From: Rhina ancylostomus
Taxonomy: Eukaryota
NCBI GenBank assembly: GCA_030265395.1
Contig: JARFYF010000002.1
Location: 41,134,302 to 41,198,301, forward strand
Direction: 5' to 3'
DNA: 64,000 bases
Part shown: positions 50,385 through 63,669 of the stretch, piece by piece
How the letters are laid out: every line of letters begins with the position of its first letter
How positions within the stretch are numbered: the stretch's first letter is position 1
Program-made: the position numbers and the translations under genes
The notes under the pieces: generated by a model
What the model saw: the letters and a program-made list of their open reading frames with translations, nothing else
Databases searched by the model: none
What the model was told of the DNA's origin: nothing

Positions 50385-51900
50385 GGCCATTTGACCTATT
50401 AAGTCTATCGTCCAGAACAATTCCATCAGTTTCAGTCCCTTGCTCTTTCCCCATAGCCCTGCAAGTTACTTTTAATCAAGGGTCTACAATTTCCTTTCGA
50501 AGACCCTAATTGATTCTGTTTCCACCACTACTACTTGTAATGAATTCCAGATCTCTTTGAATAGAGAAATTATTCCTCACATATTCTTAGTACCTTTTGC
50601 CCAAAATGTTAAATTTGGTCTTTGAACCACATGATAATGGGAACTGATTTTATTTAGCCAATCAAAACCTGTCACGATCTTGTACCCCACAGAAAAAGCT
50701 CTCATCCCTTTTTTGCTCTAAGGACAACCATCCCAACTTTTCCAGTCAAACTGTACAGCTGAAAACTCTCTTCTCTTGAAGTAATCTGGTCAATTTTTCT
50801 GTACCCTCTCTAGGACCTGTATATTCTACCTGAAGAGTGGTGACCAGAATTGGATGCAATACTTCAGCTGTTGTCTGACCAGTATTTTGCACAGGTTCAA
50901 AATAAGTTCCTGCTTTTATGAATCTTGAGATCCCATATGATTTATTAACCATTATCTGAACATGCCCTGTCACTTATAAAGATTTATGTACATATATCTC
51001 TGTTCTTGCACATGCTTTAGAGATGCCATTTAGTCTACATTGGCTCTCATTCTTTCTGCCATGGTGTGTCACTTCAAATTTCTCTGTACAAAATTTCAAC
51101 TGCTATTTGTTCGTTTATTCAGTCAACTTATTTATGTCTTGTAGTCTATTACTATCCTGCTCACTTCCAAGCTTTGCACCATCTGAAAATCTGGAAATTT
51201 CATCCTGTATTCTCATGATAAAGTTATTAATAAGTATATATAAATACCATGTCACTGTTGTATGTTTTTGCCTTTAAACCAATTTCCTGTCCATGCTACA
51301 AGTGGCCTTTTTATAACATAACCCATTGATAACTCGGTTTTTGTCAAATGCCTCCTCAAAGTCCATAGATAACACTCACTACATTCCCTTTATCAACTTT
51401 CTCTGTTACCTCACCAAAGCACTTAATCAGGTTAGTCAAACACAATTCCCCTTTAACAAATTTGTGCTAGCTCTCAGCTCAAACTTCTCCAAATGGCTAT
51501 TACTCTCCTTCCTGTTTTTTTCTTTCTTAAAGCTTCCCCACTACTGAGCAACTGAATGACCTGTAGTTGCTTGGCATATCCCTACACCTCCTTTTGAACA
51601 AACATGTTGCATTTACCGTTTTCCTGTCCTCTAACCACTCACTGTATCAGGGGATGATTAGAAGATTTTGTCAAGTCCTTCCGCTCCCACTTCCCTAAGC
51701 AATGTACAAAACATCCCATCTGGATCTGATGACTAGTTTAAATACAGCTGACCTTTCCTGTAACTTCTCCTTATAAACTTTACCTCTACTACCTCCCTTT
51801 CTACTGAGATTTTGGTAACAAGTTTAGTTCTTGTTTGGTAAAGATTGATGCAAAGAAGTCATTGAGCAATCCAGCAATGTCTTCTGCCTCTATGTGTTGC
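50385..51900 (-). mobile_element. Old CR1 LINE ORF2 remnant
   Basis: Reverse frames give LKYCIQFWSP, VIYMDFEEAFDK and VKGNCV.LT.L remnants. Confidence 0.6.
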
Positions 51901-51954
51901 CTCACCATTAACAACACATTACACAAAGAGCATAATGAGCTTGTAACTGCTAAC

Positions 51955-52375
51955 CTAACTTTTCTATCAGGCCTTTAAGTGACACACTATCAGAAATATT
52001 CCCTTTGCTCTACCCATCCCTCTCCCACCTTCTCTGTTACTGAAGACTAATTTGTTTTTCACTGAGCAGGGCAAGCAGCATCTTGGTGGGGGGGGGGGGG
52101 TGAGGTGAAGGGCAGCAGTTGTCGACATTTTGGGTCAAGTCCCTGCATCAGTCCTGAGTCCACCATATGTCCTAAGATCATCCCTCTGCCTCTACATATG
52201 CTGCCTGACCCACTGAGTTCCTCCAGCTGTTTGTTTTTCTTTCGCTCCAGATTGTGTCTCCTTACTTTTTCACTTTTTCCCCATTTTGACAAAGTGTTAC
52301 AGACTTGAACTGTTTCCCTTTCCACAGATGCTGCCTGACCTGCTGAGTGTTTCCAGTGGTTTCTGTTTCCAATAT
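51955..52375. mobile_element. Nested and inverted Penelope-like terminal-repeat cluster
   Basis: A minus-strand unit (52061-52160) with CTGATGC-AGGGACTTGACCC-AAAATGTC-GAC, then plus-strand units at about 52180-52255 and 52280-52375. Confidence 0.55.
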
Positions 52376-55224
52376 CTCCTTCCTTATTGGGTAGAAACAT
52401 ATTGATCAAGAAAGTTCTCTTGAATACATTTTGGAAAATTTTCCTTTTCCCTTTGTCTTTACTCCAACATTGTTCAATTCAATGTTGAGTTGGTTGAATT
52501 CATGCAAAATCACTACTACATGGTTCTTCAATGTTTCTGTAATTTCTCTGCAGATTTGATCCTCTATCTCTCTCTCTCTCTCTATTTAGTGATCTATAGA
52601 GTGACAGGGTCTTGCTTCTCAAAACTAACCGAATGGATTTCAATAACTTACTTCCTGAGGACATCCTCTCTCTCCAGCAATATGATATCTTCCTTAATTA
52701 TCACTGGCACCTTTCTCCTTTTGTTCCTTTCCTATCTTTTCTAGACACTGTGAATCATGGAATATTATGTGCCCAGTACTTTATGAGCCAAATTTTAGTT
52801 ATCACAATTATATCATAAAGCCCATCAAATCTACCACAGAGGTTGGGGATAAATTGCAGCAGGTTGTATTGACTTGATTTTATATCATGCTTTGATTTCA
52901 TATCTATAATCAAAAGCAAAACATGTGGCAATTTGAGAAGCAGAGATTTAGTCGGAACATAGTAGTTTTTCTTCAGTACAGCCCTGAGGATCTGGTAAAT
53001 GCAAAACTGAGGCACTGCAGTACCATGATTGAAATGAAGTGTAATTACAGTGACAAGTTGATGCAATAATTTTCATTTATAAAACTGGACAGGAATTTAT
53101 AATGGCAGAAGTGAGTATATAGTTGGAAGGTACAAGAATATTTTAAGTATTGTAGACAACATAAATTGAAAACATTAAATGACATTAAATTTAGATGGTA
53201 TCTTTAACCCTAACTATTTTAAAGGTGTTACTACATGAAAGCAACATTAATCCTAATGATGTCAAAGTTAGTAGAATTGAAAACATTGATGCTGGGAGTA
53301 CATAACAAATCAATCAGCATCTAGAAAGTAACAGTAGATCTTGGGGGTGAATTTTCATTTGTCCACTGTAGATTCAGCAATAAAGCAATAGAAACTCAGG
53401 AAAATCAATGAACCTGATAATTCTCAGGATGAGTTTTTCTCGGGTTCTTACATCAAGTCATGGCTGCTGGGTGGACAAACCTGGCTGCAGGAATTCAAGT
53501 CCCCTGTCAGGTGAGATATAGGAAGAAGAATGACCCAAGTTGTANNNNNNNNNNNNNNNNNNNNNNNNNNNNNNNTAATAACAGTCATGAACATGTCACC
53601 TCCAGAAGGTCCCAGATTTGCCTGCTGGCCGGTATTACACTATTCAAACTCTCATCTCTCTTGGCAAGTCTCATTCCAAAATGTAAATTTTGTCTGTAGA
53701 TGTTTAATGCAAGGAAGAAAGAACTTTTGCTTACATAACATCTTTAATTATTCTCAGGATGTTCTAATAGCAAAATATGCAAATAAAGGAAAATATATTT
53801 AATAAAGAACACCTCTGTAGAAACAAAATAGCCCAAATGCATACTGAATACATATATATGAATTTTGCCAATTAGAAGTTCTGNNNNNNNNNNCTATTTG
53901 TCATTGTTCTGAGTACTGGCCCTCAATTTGGCTCCTTTGATGATACCTTGTTGTACAGCACATGAATTCCATGCTTGACTGTTTGCATAACGACACACAC
54001 CTGAACCCCATCTAGGGCCTAGCATAAGTACCTGGATTTCTCTAGCACTAGTTGCCAGAGTGTTGATCAATCTTTGGCTCCTGGCTACTTAGAGCTCTCA
54101 ACTCTAGAGCAGTCCTGCATCCTCTGTTCCTCTTTGGGATATTCTGTTTGTGTTGGGACTCCTCCTCAGATTCCCTGAGGCAAGATTCCTTCCAGTTGCT
54201 GCCTGTGTTTGGTCTTGAGAAAGTATCCTGACTCCAGTCTTGTACTAGTGTGCTGCATTTGGCTTCTCTGTGAGCTTGCTCTTTGTTCAATGTTGTGACA
54301 CTATTGTGCCTAATTTCAATTATTGACTGCTCAAAATATGGCAAAAGCTTGTGTTATCTTTACTGAAGTTTGTGGTGCCTTCTCTGCAAGAATAAAAATT
54401 GGTCAAAGTACATAAAGCTATTGTGGAGCATGTTATGAAGTAATAACTGCCATGGAAACGGTATAGCTTTTGTTTGTACACACTGCATGAATACATTACC
54501 TGCCCACAGAGTGAGAAAGGTACCTGAATAAGTTCTGTTTTACTTAAAAACTGGCCAGCTGCTGATACAATAACACCTTTCGTGGGTTCCTTTGCAAATA
54601 TGTTGGTGTCATGCTCTGGCTTTTGTTTTCAGTTCAGATCAAGTTCATTTGAACTGAATCCAATCTGTTTTATTTATGGTTTTTAGTCTGTACTCAGTGT
54701 GCAGTCATGGTAGTTCAGTGCATTCATTGTAGTATCAGGTGGGGCAAGTTTGAATCAACATATAAACATAGCTGGATTTCATCTTGCCCAAACCTGTTTC
54801 TAATAATCTTCACCTTTTAATTTCTGAATTATCCTGTTTCCTNNNNNNNNNNNNNNNNNNNNNNNNNNNNNNNNNNNNNNNNNNNNNNNNNNNNNTCCTC
54901 AGATGCCTCTTCTGAAAATACCCAATCATTATTCAGATGTGAGTATTGGCAATAAGTGTCTGGAGCCTACTCCCATTGAGCAAATAATGATTAGTCTTAA
55001 TTCATTACTGATTACATCCTCTATGTATTTAACATAATCTCCTGCTGTAACTTTTAATAACATATAATATTTGCTTTATATCTTTAGAGTAGTAAATATC
55101 CAAAGACATTCTTGTAGAAGATGTGGGAATTCCAGTGAAAACCAACACAAAATTCTCCACACTAAAGTTATTTTATATTTGATCTGCAAAGCTTATAGTT
55201 ATAAGGCACAAGCTAGATCAGAAT

Positions 55225-55995
55225 TAAGAATTCAGAATCAGACTTATTATCACTGACTGATGTAAAATTTGTTTTGGTGCAACAGTACAATGCAAGGATG
55301 TAAAATCTATAACCTGTGAGCTCAGCACAGATCCTTGAGGTACACCTGTGTTGATAGTCAGTGAGAAGGAGATGTTATTGCTGATCTGCACTGACTGTGA
55401 TCTCCATATAAGGAAGTTGATTATCTAGTTGCAGAGGGTGGTACAGAAGCCCAGGTTTTGAAGCCTGGTGATTAGTGCTGAGGGAACAATGGTGTTGAAT
55501 GCTGAAATGTAATTGATAAACAACAGTTTGTTGTATGTCTTGCTGTTGTCTAGGTGTACCAAAGCAGAGTGGAGAGCCAGTAAGATTGTGTCTGCTGTAG
55601 ACCTGTTGTGGTGGTAGGTGAATTGCAGCAGGTCCAGATCCTTGCTCAGGTAGGAGTTAATTCTAGCCGTGACCAACCTTTCAAAGTATTTCATCACTTC
55701 AGATGTGAGTGCTACCAGGCAATAGTCATTAATGCAGCTCACCCTGCTGTTAAGCACTGGAATGATTGCTGCCACTTTGAAGCAGATGGGACCCTGAGAA
55801 TGAAGCAGTGAGAGATTGAAAATATCTTTGAATACTCCAGCCAGTTAGCACAGGTTTTCAGTATCTGGCCAGGTACATCATCAGGGCCTGACACCTTGAG
55901 GATTCACCCTCTTGAAGGATGTTCAGGCATTGGCTTCTGAGACGGAGATCAGTGTCATTGGATGCTGTGGGGATTTGCACAGATGTAGTGTTGTC
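55225..55995 (-). mobile_element. Rex1/Babar-type LINE with internal deletion
   Basis: IIPV..CINDYCLVALTSEVMKYFERLV..DLLQFTYHHNRSTADTI..LFINYISAFNTIVP..LCN; the sequence jumps from NTGVPQGSVLS straight to the 3' tail near 55312. Confidence 0.85.
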
Positions 55996-56199
55996 CTCTA
56001 TGCACCCTTTGAAAGGGATAATGAGAATGTTTTTCTTTATTTTTCAGGTTTGCTGTTTTATTTTGATGTTCTGTCTATTCCATGCTAGATAATCAGGATC
56101 ACAATGAAATCTCAGTTTCCAACAGAGCACAAGGCAACTATTAGGCACTTCCAGGAAGCATAAAATAAGGAGCCACATCGAAGGTCATTGAACAATATG

Positions 56200-57100
56200 G
56201 TGTAGGAGATTGGCTATATAAATAGTGAAGAGGATATATGGAAGCTACAAAGGGTTATGGATGAGTTAAGCAGGTTGCCAAAGATCTGGCAAAAGGAGTC
56301 TGATGTGTGAAAATGTAAAGTTGTTCTTTCTGGTGGGGGAGAAAAAGGAGCATATTATATAAATGGTGAGAGATTGCAGAGCTCCTAGAAGCAGAAGGAT
56401 TTGGGTGTCGTCGTGCATGGTTTGCAAAAAGCTTGTATTCAGTGTAACAAGTAATTAGGAAATCTAACAGACTGTGATTTATTACTAAGGGAATTGAATA
56501 CAAAAGTAGGAACATTATGCTTTGGTTACATGGAAACCAAATTTGGAGTCAAGAAGCTGCATACAATGTGGTCTCTTCCTTTAAGGAAGGATGTAAATGC
56601 ATTGAACATAGTTCAGAGAAAGTTTACCATACCATTTAAATGGGCAGGTTGCTTTGAGGAAAGATTGGACAGGATAGGGTTGTATCCACTGGAGTTTAGA
56701 GAGTGAATGGGGACTTGAATAAAACAAATACAATCTTGAGGATTCTTGACAGTGTGGATGTGGAGAGGATGTTTCCTCTTGTGAGAGAATCTGACAAGAG
56801 GTCACTAATTAAAAATAAGGTGGTGCTGATTTAAGATATAGGTGAGGTTTTTTTTTTGGTCAGCATGTGTGTGATTTTGTAGCTCCATTCCTCATAGGGT
56901 GGTGAAAACAGAATCTTTGAAGTGTTTTAAAGCAGAAGTAAATATCTACTTTATAAGCAAGGGTGTGAATGGTTATCATAGATAGAAGGGACTGCAGAGC
57001 CAAGGATACAATCAGATCAGCCCTAATTTGTTTTTTAATGGTGGAGCAGGTTTGAGAGGTTTAATAGCCTTCTGCTCTGGATTCATATGCTTGTATGTTC
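56200..57100 (+). mobile_element. CR1 LINE 3' remnant
   Basis: LRKDVNALNIVQRKFT..FEERLDRIGLYPLEFR and a CR1-type 3'UTR. Confidence 0.75.
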
Positions 57101-57387
57101 ATTAAAAGCAGGCAATTGAGCCTTGGAAAGCAAGCCTAAACATGGCACCACATTTGCCACTGAGAATAAGATAGTTTAAACTCAATATATACTGCAAGAT
57201 AACTCCAGGATTTTCCTTGTTAAGATGGCTTTGCTAATTGCTTGAGAAACTCAGGTGGAAATTATTTATAGCATTGTTGCTGCACTGATTATAGAAACAA
57301 TGTGCCACTAAACTGGAAGGATTTGTCATGTGGCAATACAAATAATTATGTGAGCTGTGTTATCTGTCACACATACACAACTCTTGG

Positions 57388-57577
57388 GCAACACACATTA
57401 TGCTGGAGGACCTCAATGGGTCAGGCAGCATCTATGGGGGAAATGGCCAGCCCTGAAGAAGGGTCTCAACCTGCAATGTCGATTGTCCATTTCCCTCCAG
57501 ATGCTGCCTGACCTGCTGAGTTTCTCCAGCAATTTGTGTGTTGCTCCAGAGTTCCAGCATCTGCAGTCTCTTGTCTC
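57388..57577 (+). mobile_element. Penelope-like fold-back unit: inverted arms around a degenerate hammerhead motif
   Basis: Arms 57388-57446 and 57487-57544 are imperfect reverse complements and enclose CAGCC-CTGAAGA-AGGGTCTCAACCT-GCAA-TGTC-GATTG. Confidence 0.65.
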
Positions 57578-59069
57578 CACTTTGCCTGAGGCAACTTGTC
57601 CAAGAGTTGTACAGCAATGACCTGAGGGTAAACCCTGACAGTAGTTGGAGTGGCAGTTGCAGAGGGGAGAAGGATTTAATTGACTGGACTGTGGGGTTGC
57701 TGCCACAGGAATTCTTTATAAATAAATATTTTTTAAAAAAATCAGATTCACCTATCCCTCTCTCAAGCAACTATCTGAAAGCAAATCAAACTGGTTGTAA
57801 CCTTGATGTCATATCTGGTCCAAAATAAGCTTTGGACTGCATATTCTTGTCATCATTAAAATACTATGTTTATCTCAATATTGCATGATTCCACCTCTGC
57901 ATCAACCCATCTATTGTTGAAACTCTCACCCATGCCTCTTTAGAACTGACTACAAGTACACATAATGGAGCTTCTACTTTCTGTAAGCTTGAGTGACCCA
58001 AGGCTCAGCTGCTCAAGCCAAAACTAACACTTAAGTTTGTTCCATGTCCCCATTTCTCTTCTGCTGTCCAACCTGTTATACCTGTACTGTTCCTAGTTTG
58101 GCAAATCTTAATTTAAAAAGTCTTAGCCATCTTTTCAACTCCTACCATGATTTTGCCTCTGCAGTCATCTTCAGCACTATAATATCTTTATTAGTCACAT
58201 GCACATCAAAACACAGTGAAGTGCATCTTTTGCATAGTGTTCTGGGGGCAGCAGAATTAGAAGTGATTCCACCTCTGATCTTCTAATTCTGATCTTCTAC
58301 CTTTTATATAAAACATGTGAAATGGCAAAATTCTGATCTTCTGCTCATTCGTAAATGCAATCAATCCACATTTAGCCCCCATCCTTTTAGTTACCAAAAC
58401 CCTAACCCTGCCTTTCTTTTTTCCTTAATCCCACCACTTTGACTAAGCTCTTGGTCACCTGCCTTAATTTGAATTTCTTCTAATTCTTTTGATTTTTTTT
58501 TTGTATTGCAAAACAAAATGTCTGGTACATCTATTGGGCTGATAATCTAAAGTTGCACAATGTGAACTGACTGCTTGTTTGCCTTGTATTAAACCCCTGT
58601 CACATTTTGTTACTTGATTACAAGCTACTTCAATCTTGGTAGAGATCTAGGCTTTGCACAGACTTTTCAGTTCACCTGGATAGTTGAGAGAGACCCCAGA
58701 AGTTATCAGTGAGGGGGTGGGGGGAGATTGGGTGGTCAGGAACCATCCTTAATTTTAATATTTTACATATGTTTATCCATTGATTAGAATTAGAAAATAC
58801 AGATGATGTGAATGACCAGCACAGAGCATTTCAAAAAATTGTAAGTGCACTGTGCATGAATTTCCATGTATTAATGTTAGTACAAATAGCCAGTAGCACA
58901 TCATCAGAAAAAAGGTTCCCTTATCACTTGTGTTTTTTTCAAAGAAAACACAACTAATAGATATCACAGTTCCTTTTAAGAACAGTTAAACAGTTCCTAC
59001 CATGAGCACAAACAGGCAAACAGTCCTTATACCACAGTTATGGTTAACAGAATAAGGAGAGGTCAGCTG

Positions 59070-59522
59070 ACTCAGCCAGTTCCATCACGGGTACAGCTGT
59101 CCCCCACCATCAAGGACATCTGCAAGAGGCAACAGTAAGGCAAGAGCCATCATCAGGGGACCCCACTATCCGTGCCATGCGCTCTTCTCGACGCTGCCAT
59201 CGGGCAGGAGATACATAAACCTAAAGGTCCACAGTCAAGGTTCAACAATAGCTTCTTCCCTCTGCCATCAGGTTCTCGAATCAACCCAAGAAATCCCAAA
59301 ACTACCTCAGATGATATTTCTTTTTCACTCTCTCAATCTTACACTTGCATCATTATGTTTATTTTGCTGTTTGTTTGCACATGTATAAGTTATGTATAAT
59401 ATATGTTAATTTAAGTTTATGTTAACTTGTGTTTGTAATTTACTGTGCTGCTGCAAAAAGCTAATTTTCATGGCATTTATAGCCTGTGTATATATTGCCT
59501 ATGACAACAATAAACTTGAAAC
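59070..59522 (+). mobile_element. Rex1/Babar-type LINE 3' end
   Basis: SASSITGT..IKDI..IIRGP..CHALFSTLPSGRRY..RFNNSFFP; tail AATAAACTTGAAACT. Confidence 0.75.
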
Positions 59523-61006
59523 TAACAGATCTTGAATGACCCTCCATGGCTGACTGACACAAATCAACACCAAATGGTGTACTTTGTCATCTAACCAAGC
59601 AAAGAAGCTCAATGAATTAGATATAAAGAAAACTTTGGTTCTCAACTACCTCATAAATTAAGAAAGAAGATGCAGCAGTAAAATATTCCTGATCCAATGG
59701 TGTTTGAAGCTAATAATACTTTTTAGTCACAGTTAAGTCAAAGTAGCTTTGATTCAGTTATACTCACCAATGGGAATATGTGGAATACTTACAAGACTAT
59801 TATGGCATCTAATACACACAGTTATATTAGCAGTGTCTCAATCTCCTCCTATCCCATCACCAGAGTGATGTTTTCCTATGAGTAAAACTGTAATGGAAAG
59901 GAAAATCCAGTCTTTTTGATGGAGTATGCCTTTCAGGCTGATAATATCATTTGGCTCCATTCACATGGACAGCACAGTGTAGGATTCACCACTGAGACAG
60001 CATGCCAAACACAGATGGGAGTTTGGTTCTGTTACTGAGGTTTGACAAGTGATTGCAACTCTAACCCAGCTGGTCGGATGGTCTTGATCATGGTTTGTCC
60101 TCTTTATTTGAAGGACGCTTATAGACTGCCCCTCTGGAGCTTTCTACAAACATTGTTGCAGCCCAGTGGGGAATTGGTCTCATGATGCTTCTTTATCCCA
60201 AGGTCATTGGGTTATATGGAGCACTGCTTTTTCATGAATTGGTCATTCTTTACATGAGGGTCAAGTCAACTTGAGATTTGACCTTATATCTATTTTTTTA
60301 AGCACAGAGTCTTGCTCGTTAAGAGTGTATATAAGAGTGTTCCCATGATGCTTCACTCAAATTGAAAGTGTGATCACTATTTTGTGACATTAATTTCCAG
60401 TGCACAAGTTCACACATCAAAAACTTCAATTTATAAAATCAATCCCATTCTTCCTGCAGATGAGTTGATGGCATTCAAGAGTTGGTGGCTGAAAACACTG
60501 GGAGAAAGTTCCACTCTGGCAATTAGAGCAAGTCTCAGTCTTAAGGATGAAGCATTCAAGCAAGGCCTTGTCTGCTCTGTCCATTTTTATGGCGCTTCTT
60601 CAAAAACGTGGTTGAAAGTTATCCCTTCTTAAGACAGATTTGTAGACAAGCGAGTGGTAGACATTCCACTTCCCTTCATTGAGACTGATTGTTTGGTCAT
60701 TATTTCATTGCTGGTTGTGGGAGCTTGCAATCCACAATTTGACTACTTTATTTCTTACATTCCAACAATCACAATATTGCAAAAACTACTTAATGAGCTG
60801 AAAAGTACTTTGGAATTTCATGAGGCACTATTATATCCTTTCATATAATTGTTGTTTGTTACTGTTAAGAGCATTTTGCATTTGAAAGCTGAACTAGTGA
60901 AAATACTTTGCATTTATAAAGCACTATTAACATTGTGAAGTCTCCCAATGTGTTTCATAGGTACATTATCTGCCACAATGTGACACCGTGTCACACAAGG
61001 GCGAAT

Positions 61007-61479
61007 GATCATAAGAAATAGGAGCAGGAGTAGGCCATCTGGCCAGTCGATAAGATCATGGCTGATCTGGCCGTGGACTCAGAACTACCTACCTGCCTTT
61101 TTCCCCATAACCCTTAATTCCCCTACTATTCAAAACTCTATCTAACTGTGTCTTAATATATTTAGTGAGATAGCTTCTATTGCTTCCCTGGGAAGAGAAT
61201 TCCACAGATTCATGACTATCTGGGAAAAGCAGTTTCTCCTCATCTCCGTCCTAAATCTATTCCCCCAAATCTTGAGGCCATGTCCCCCAGTTCTAATCTC
61301 ACCTACCAGTGGAAACAACCTTCCTGCTGCTATCTTATCGATCCCTTTCATCATTTTATACATCTCTGTAAGATCCCCTCTCATTCTTCTGAAGTCCAGT
61401 GAGTATAGTCCCAGGCACCTCAATGTCTCCTCATAGTCTGACCCCCTCATCTCAGGACTCAACCTGGTGGACCTCCTCT
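61007..61479 (-). mobile_element. CR1 LINE 3' end (second copy, in tandem)
   Basis: PEMRGSDYEETLRCLGLYSLDFRRMRGDLTEMYK..NLWNSLP. Confidence 0.88.
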
Positions 61480-61579
61480 NNNNNNNNNNNNNNNNNNNNN
61501 NNNNNNNNNNNNNNNNNNNNNNNNNNNNNNNNNNNNNNNNNNNNNNNNNNNNNNNNNNNNNNNNNNNNNNNNNNNNNNN

Positions 61580-62925
61580 CAGGAGTCGGCCATCTGGCCC
61601 GTCGAGCCTGCTCCACCATTCAATAAGATCATGGCTGATCTGGCCGTGGACTCAGCACCACCTACCTGCCTTTTCCCCATAACCGTTAATTCCCCTACTG
61701 TGCAAAAATCTATCTAACTGTTTCTTAAATATATTTAATGAGGCAGCCTCCACTGCTTCCCTGGGCAGAGAATTCCACAGATTCACGACTCTCTGGGAAA
61801 AGCAGTTTCTCCTCATCTTGTTTGTAAATCTACTCCCCTGAACCTTGAGGCTGTGTCCCCGAGTTCTGGTCTCACCTACCAGTGGAAACAACCTTCCTAC
61901 CTCTATCTTATCTCTCCCTTTCATAATTTTATATGTTTCTATAAGATCCCCTCTCATTCTTCTGCATTCCAGTGAGTACAGTCCCAGGCGACTCAATCTC
62001 TCCTCATAGGCTAACCCCCTCATCTCCGGAATCAACCTGGTGAACCTCCTCTGTGCCGCCTCCAAAGCCGGGATATCTTTCCTCAAGTATGGAGACCAGA
62101 ACTGCAGGCAGTACTCCAGGTGCGGCCTCACCAGTCCCCTGTACAGTTGCAGCATAATTGTCCTAGCAATGAAGGCCAACGTTCCATTCGCCTTATTGAT
62201 AACCTGTTGCACCTGCAAACCAACCTTTTGCAATTCATGCACAAACATTCCCAAGTCCTTCTGCACAATAACATGCTGCAATCTTTCACCATTTAAATAA
62301 TAATCTGATCTTCTGTTTTTCCTTTCGAAGTGGATGACCTTGCATTTACCAACATTGGACTCCATCTGCCAGACCCTTGCCCACTCACTTAACCTGTCTA
62401 TATCTCTCTGCAGACTCTCCTCATCCTCTACACAATTTGCTTTTCTTCTCAATTTAGTGTCATCAGCAAACTTAGAGATGCTACACTCGGTCCCTTCTTC
62501 CAAATTGTTAATGTATATCGTGAGCAGCTGTGGGCCCAGCACCAACCCCTGAGGCACCCCGCTCACCACTGTTTGCTAACCAGAGAAACACCCATTTATC
62601 CCGACTGCCTTCTATTGGTTAACCAGTCCTCTATCCATGCTAAAACCTTACTCCCAACTCCATGCATCCTTATCTTATCTAGGTCTTCCATGTGGCACCT
62701 TATCAAATGCCTTCTGGAAATCCAAGTACACAACATCCACCTGTTCCCCTCTATCCACTGCACTCATTGTATCCTCAAAGAACTCCAGTAAGTTTGTTAA
62801 ACAGAACCTGCCCTTTCTGAATGCATGCTGTGTCTGCCTGATAGAACCACTTCTATCCAGATGTCTCGCTACTTCTTCCTTAATGATAGCTTCAAGCATT
62901 TTCCCAACTGCAGACGTTAAGCTAA
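61580..62925 (-). mobile_element. CR1 LINE ORF2 (reverse transcriptase) fragment, 5'-truncated and relatively young
   Basis: ISLTSAVGKMLE..QHAFRKGRFCLTNLLEFFE..VYLDFQKAFDKVPH and SGVPQGLVLGP..KFADDTKL..RPHLEYCLQFWSP..RVVNLWNSLP; frameshift and small deletions present. Confidence 0.93.
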
Positions 62926-63669
62926 TCAAGCTAGTTAATCAAAAACAGTGTCAAAACATTAGGCATTAAGGTTAAAGTCAAAGTCAACTTTATTGTCACA
63001 GGTACATGTATGCACAGGTGCAAATAAAAATTTACTTGCAGTGAAAAAAGGTCGATCTAACAGGAAGCGATAGAGGTGAAGAGATGAAGATGTGTAGGGG
63101 GAGAATTGTAGAGATTAAATCTGTGCCACTGTATGCATGACTGCCAGTGGTAAAAACAATGAAATTTGGGATGTGCTGGTTTAACAAAGCATAGTAATCT
63201 TAGTGAGTTTTAAGGCTGGAGGAGGTTACAGATCAGAATGCTGAGGTTATGCAACGATCTGTAAACAAGGTTTACCTGGCATAGATGGGACCTAGTCAGT
63301 AGTTATTTCAGAAACTTAAATAAATGTTAGAAAATATTAATGTGGTACCAAATGGAGCAAAAGTGTTTTACTTAATTCCATGTCATACCTGTTGCTATTG
63401 TAGTCACGTTCAAGGGTACTCCTGCTTTTAGCACTGCCCTCTGTTATCTGTAGGGCAGACAGACTAAATTCACTTTTGGAGATGAGTGAACTGCATGTAG
63501 AGGTGTGACAGCAACTGCAGCTTGTCTAACCTATAAACATCAATACATGTGTTGCCTGTATAGTGTTAATTATAGGGCAGGAAACAAAACCAAACAACAG
63601 TTTGCACTATTAAGTCTGTGGGATTTTATGGAAGTATTTCATTAATTAACAAAATGAAAAACATCTAGA

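Noticed and set aside
61652-62569. 305-aa ORF as a host gene
   Set aside because: It is a truncated CR1 reverse transcriptase fragment with internal deletions.
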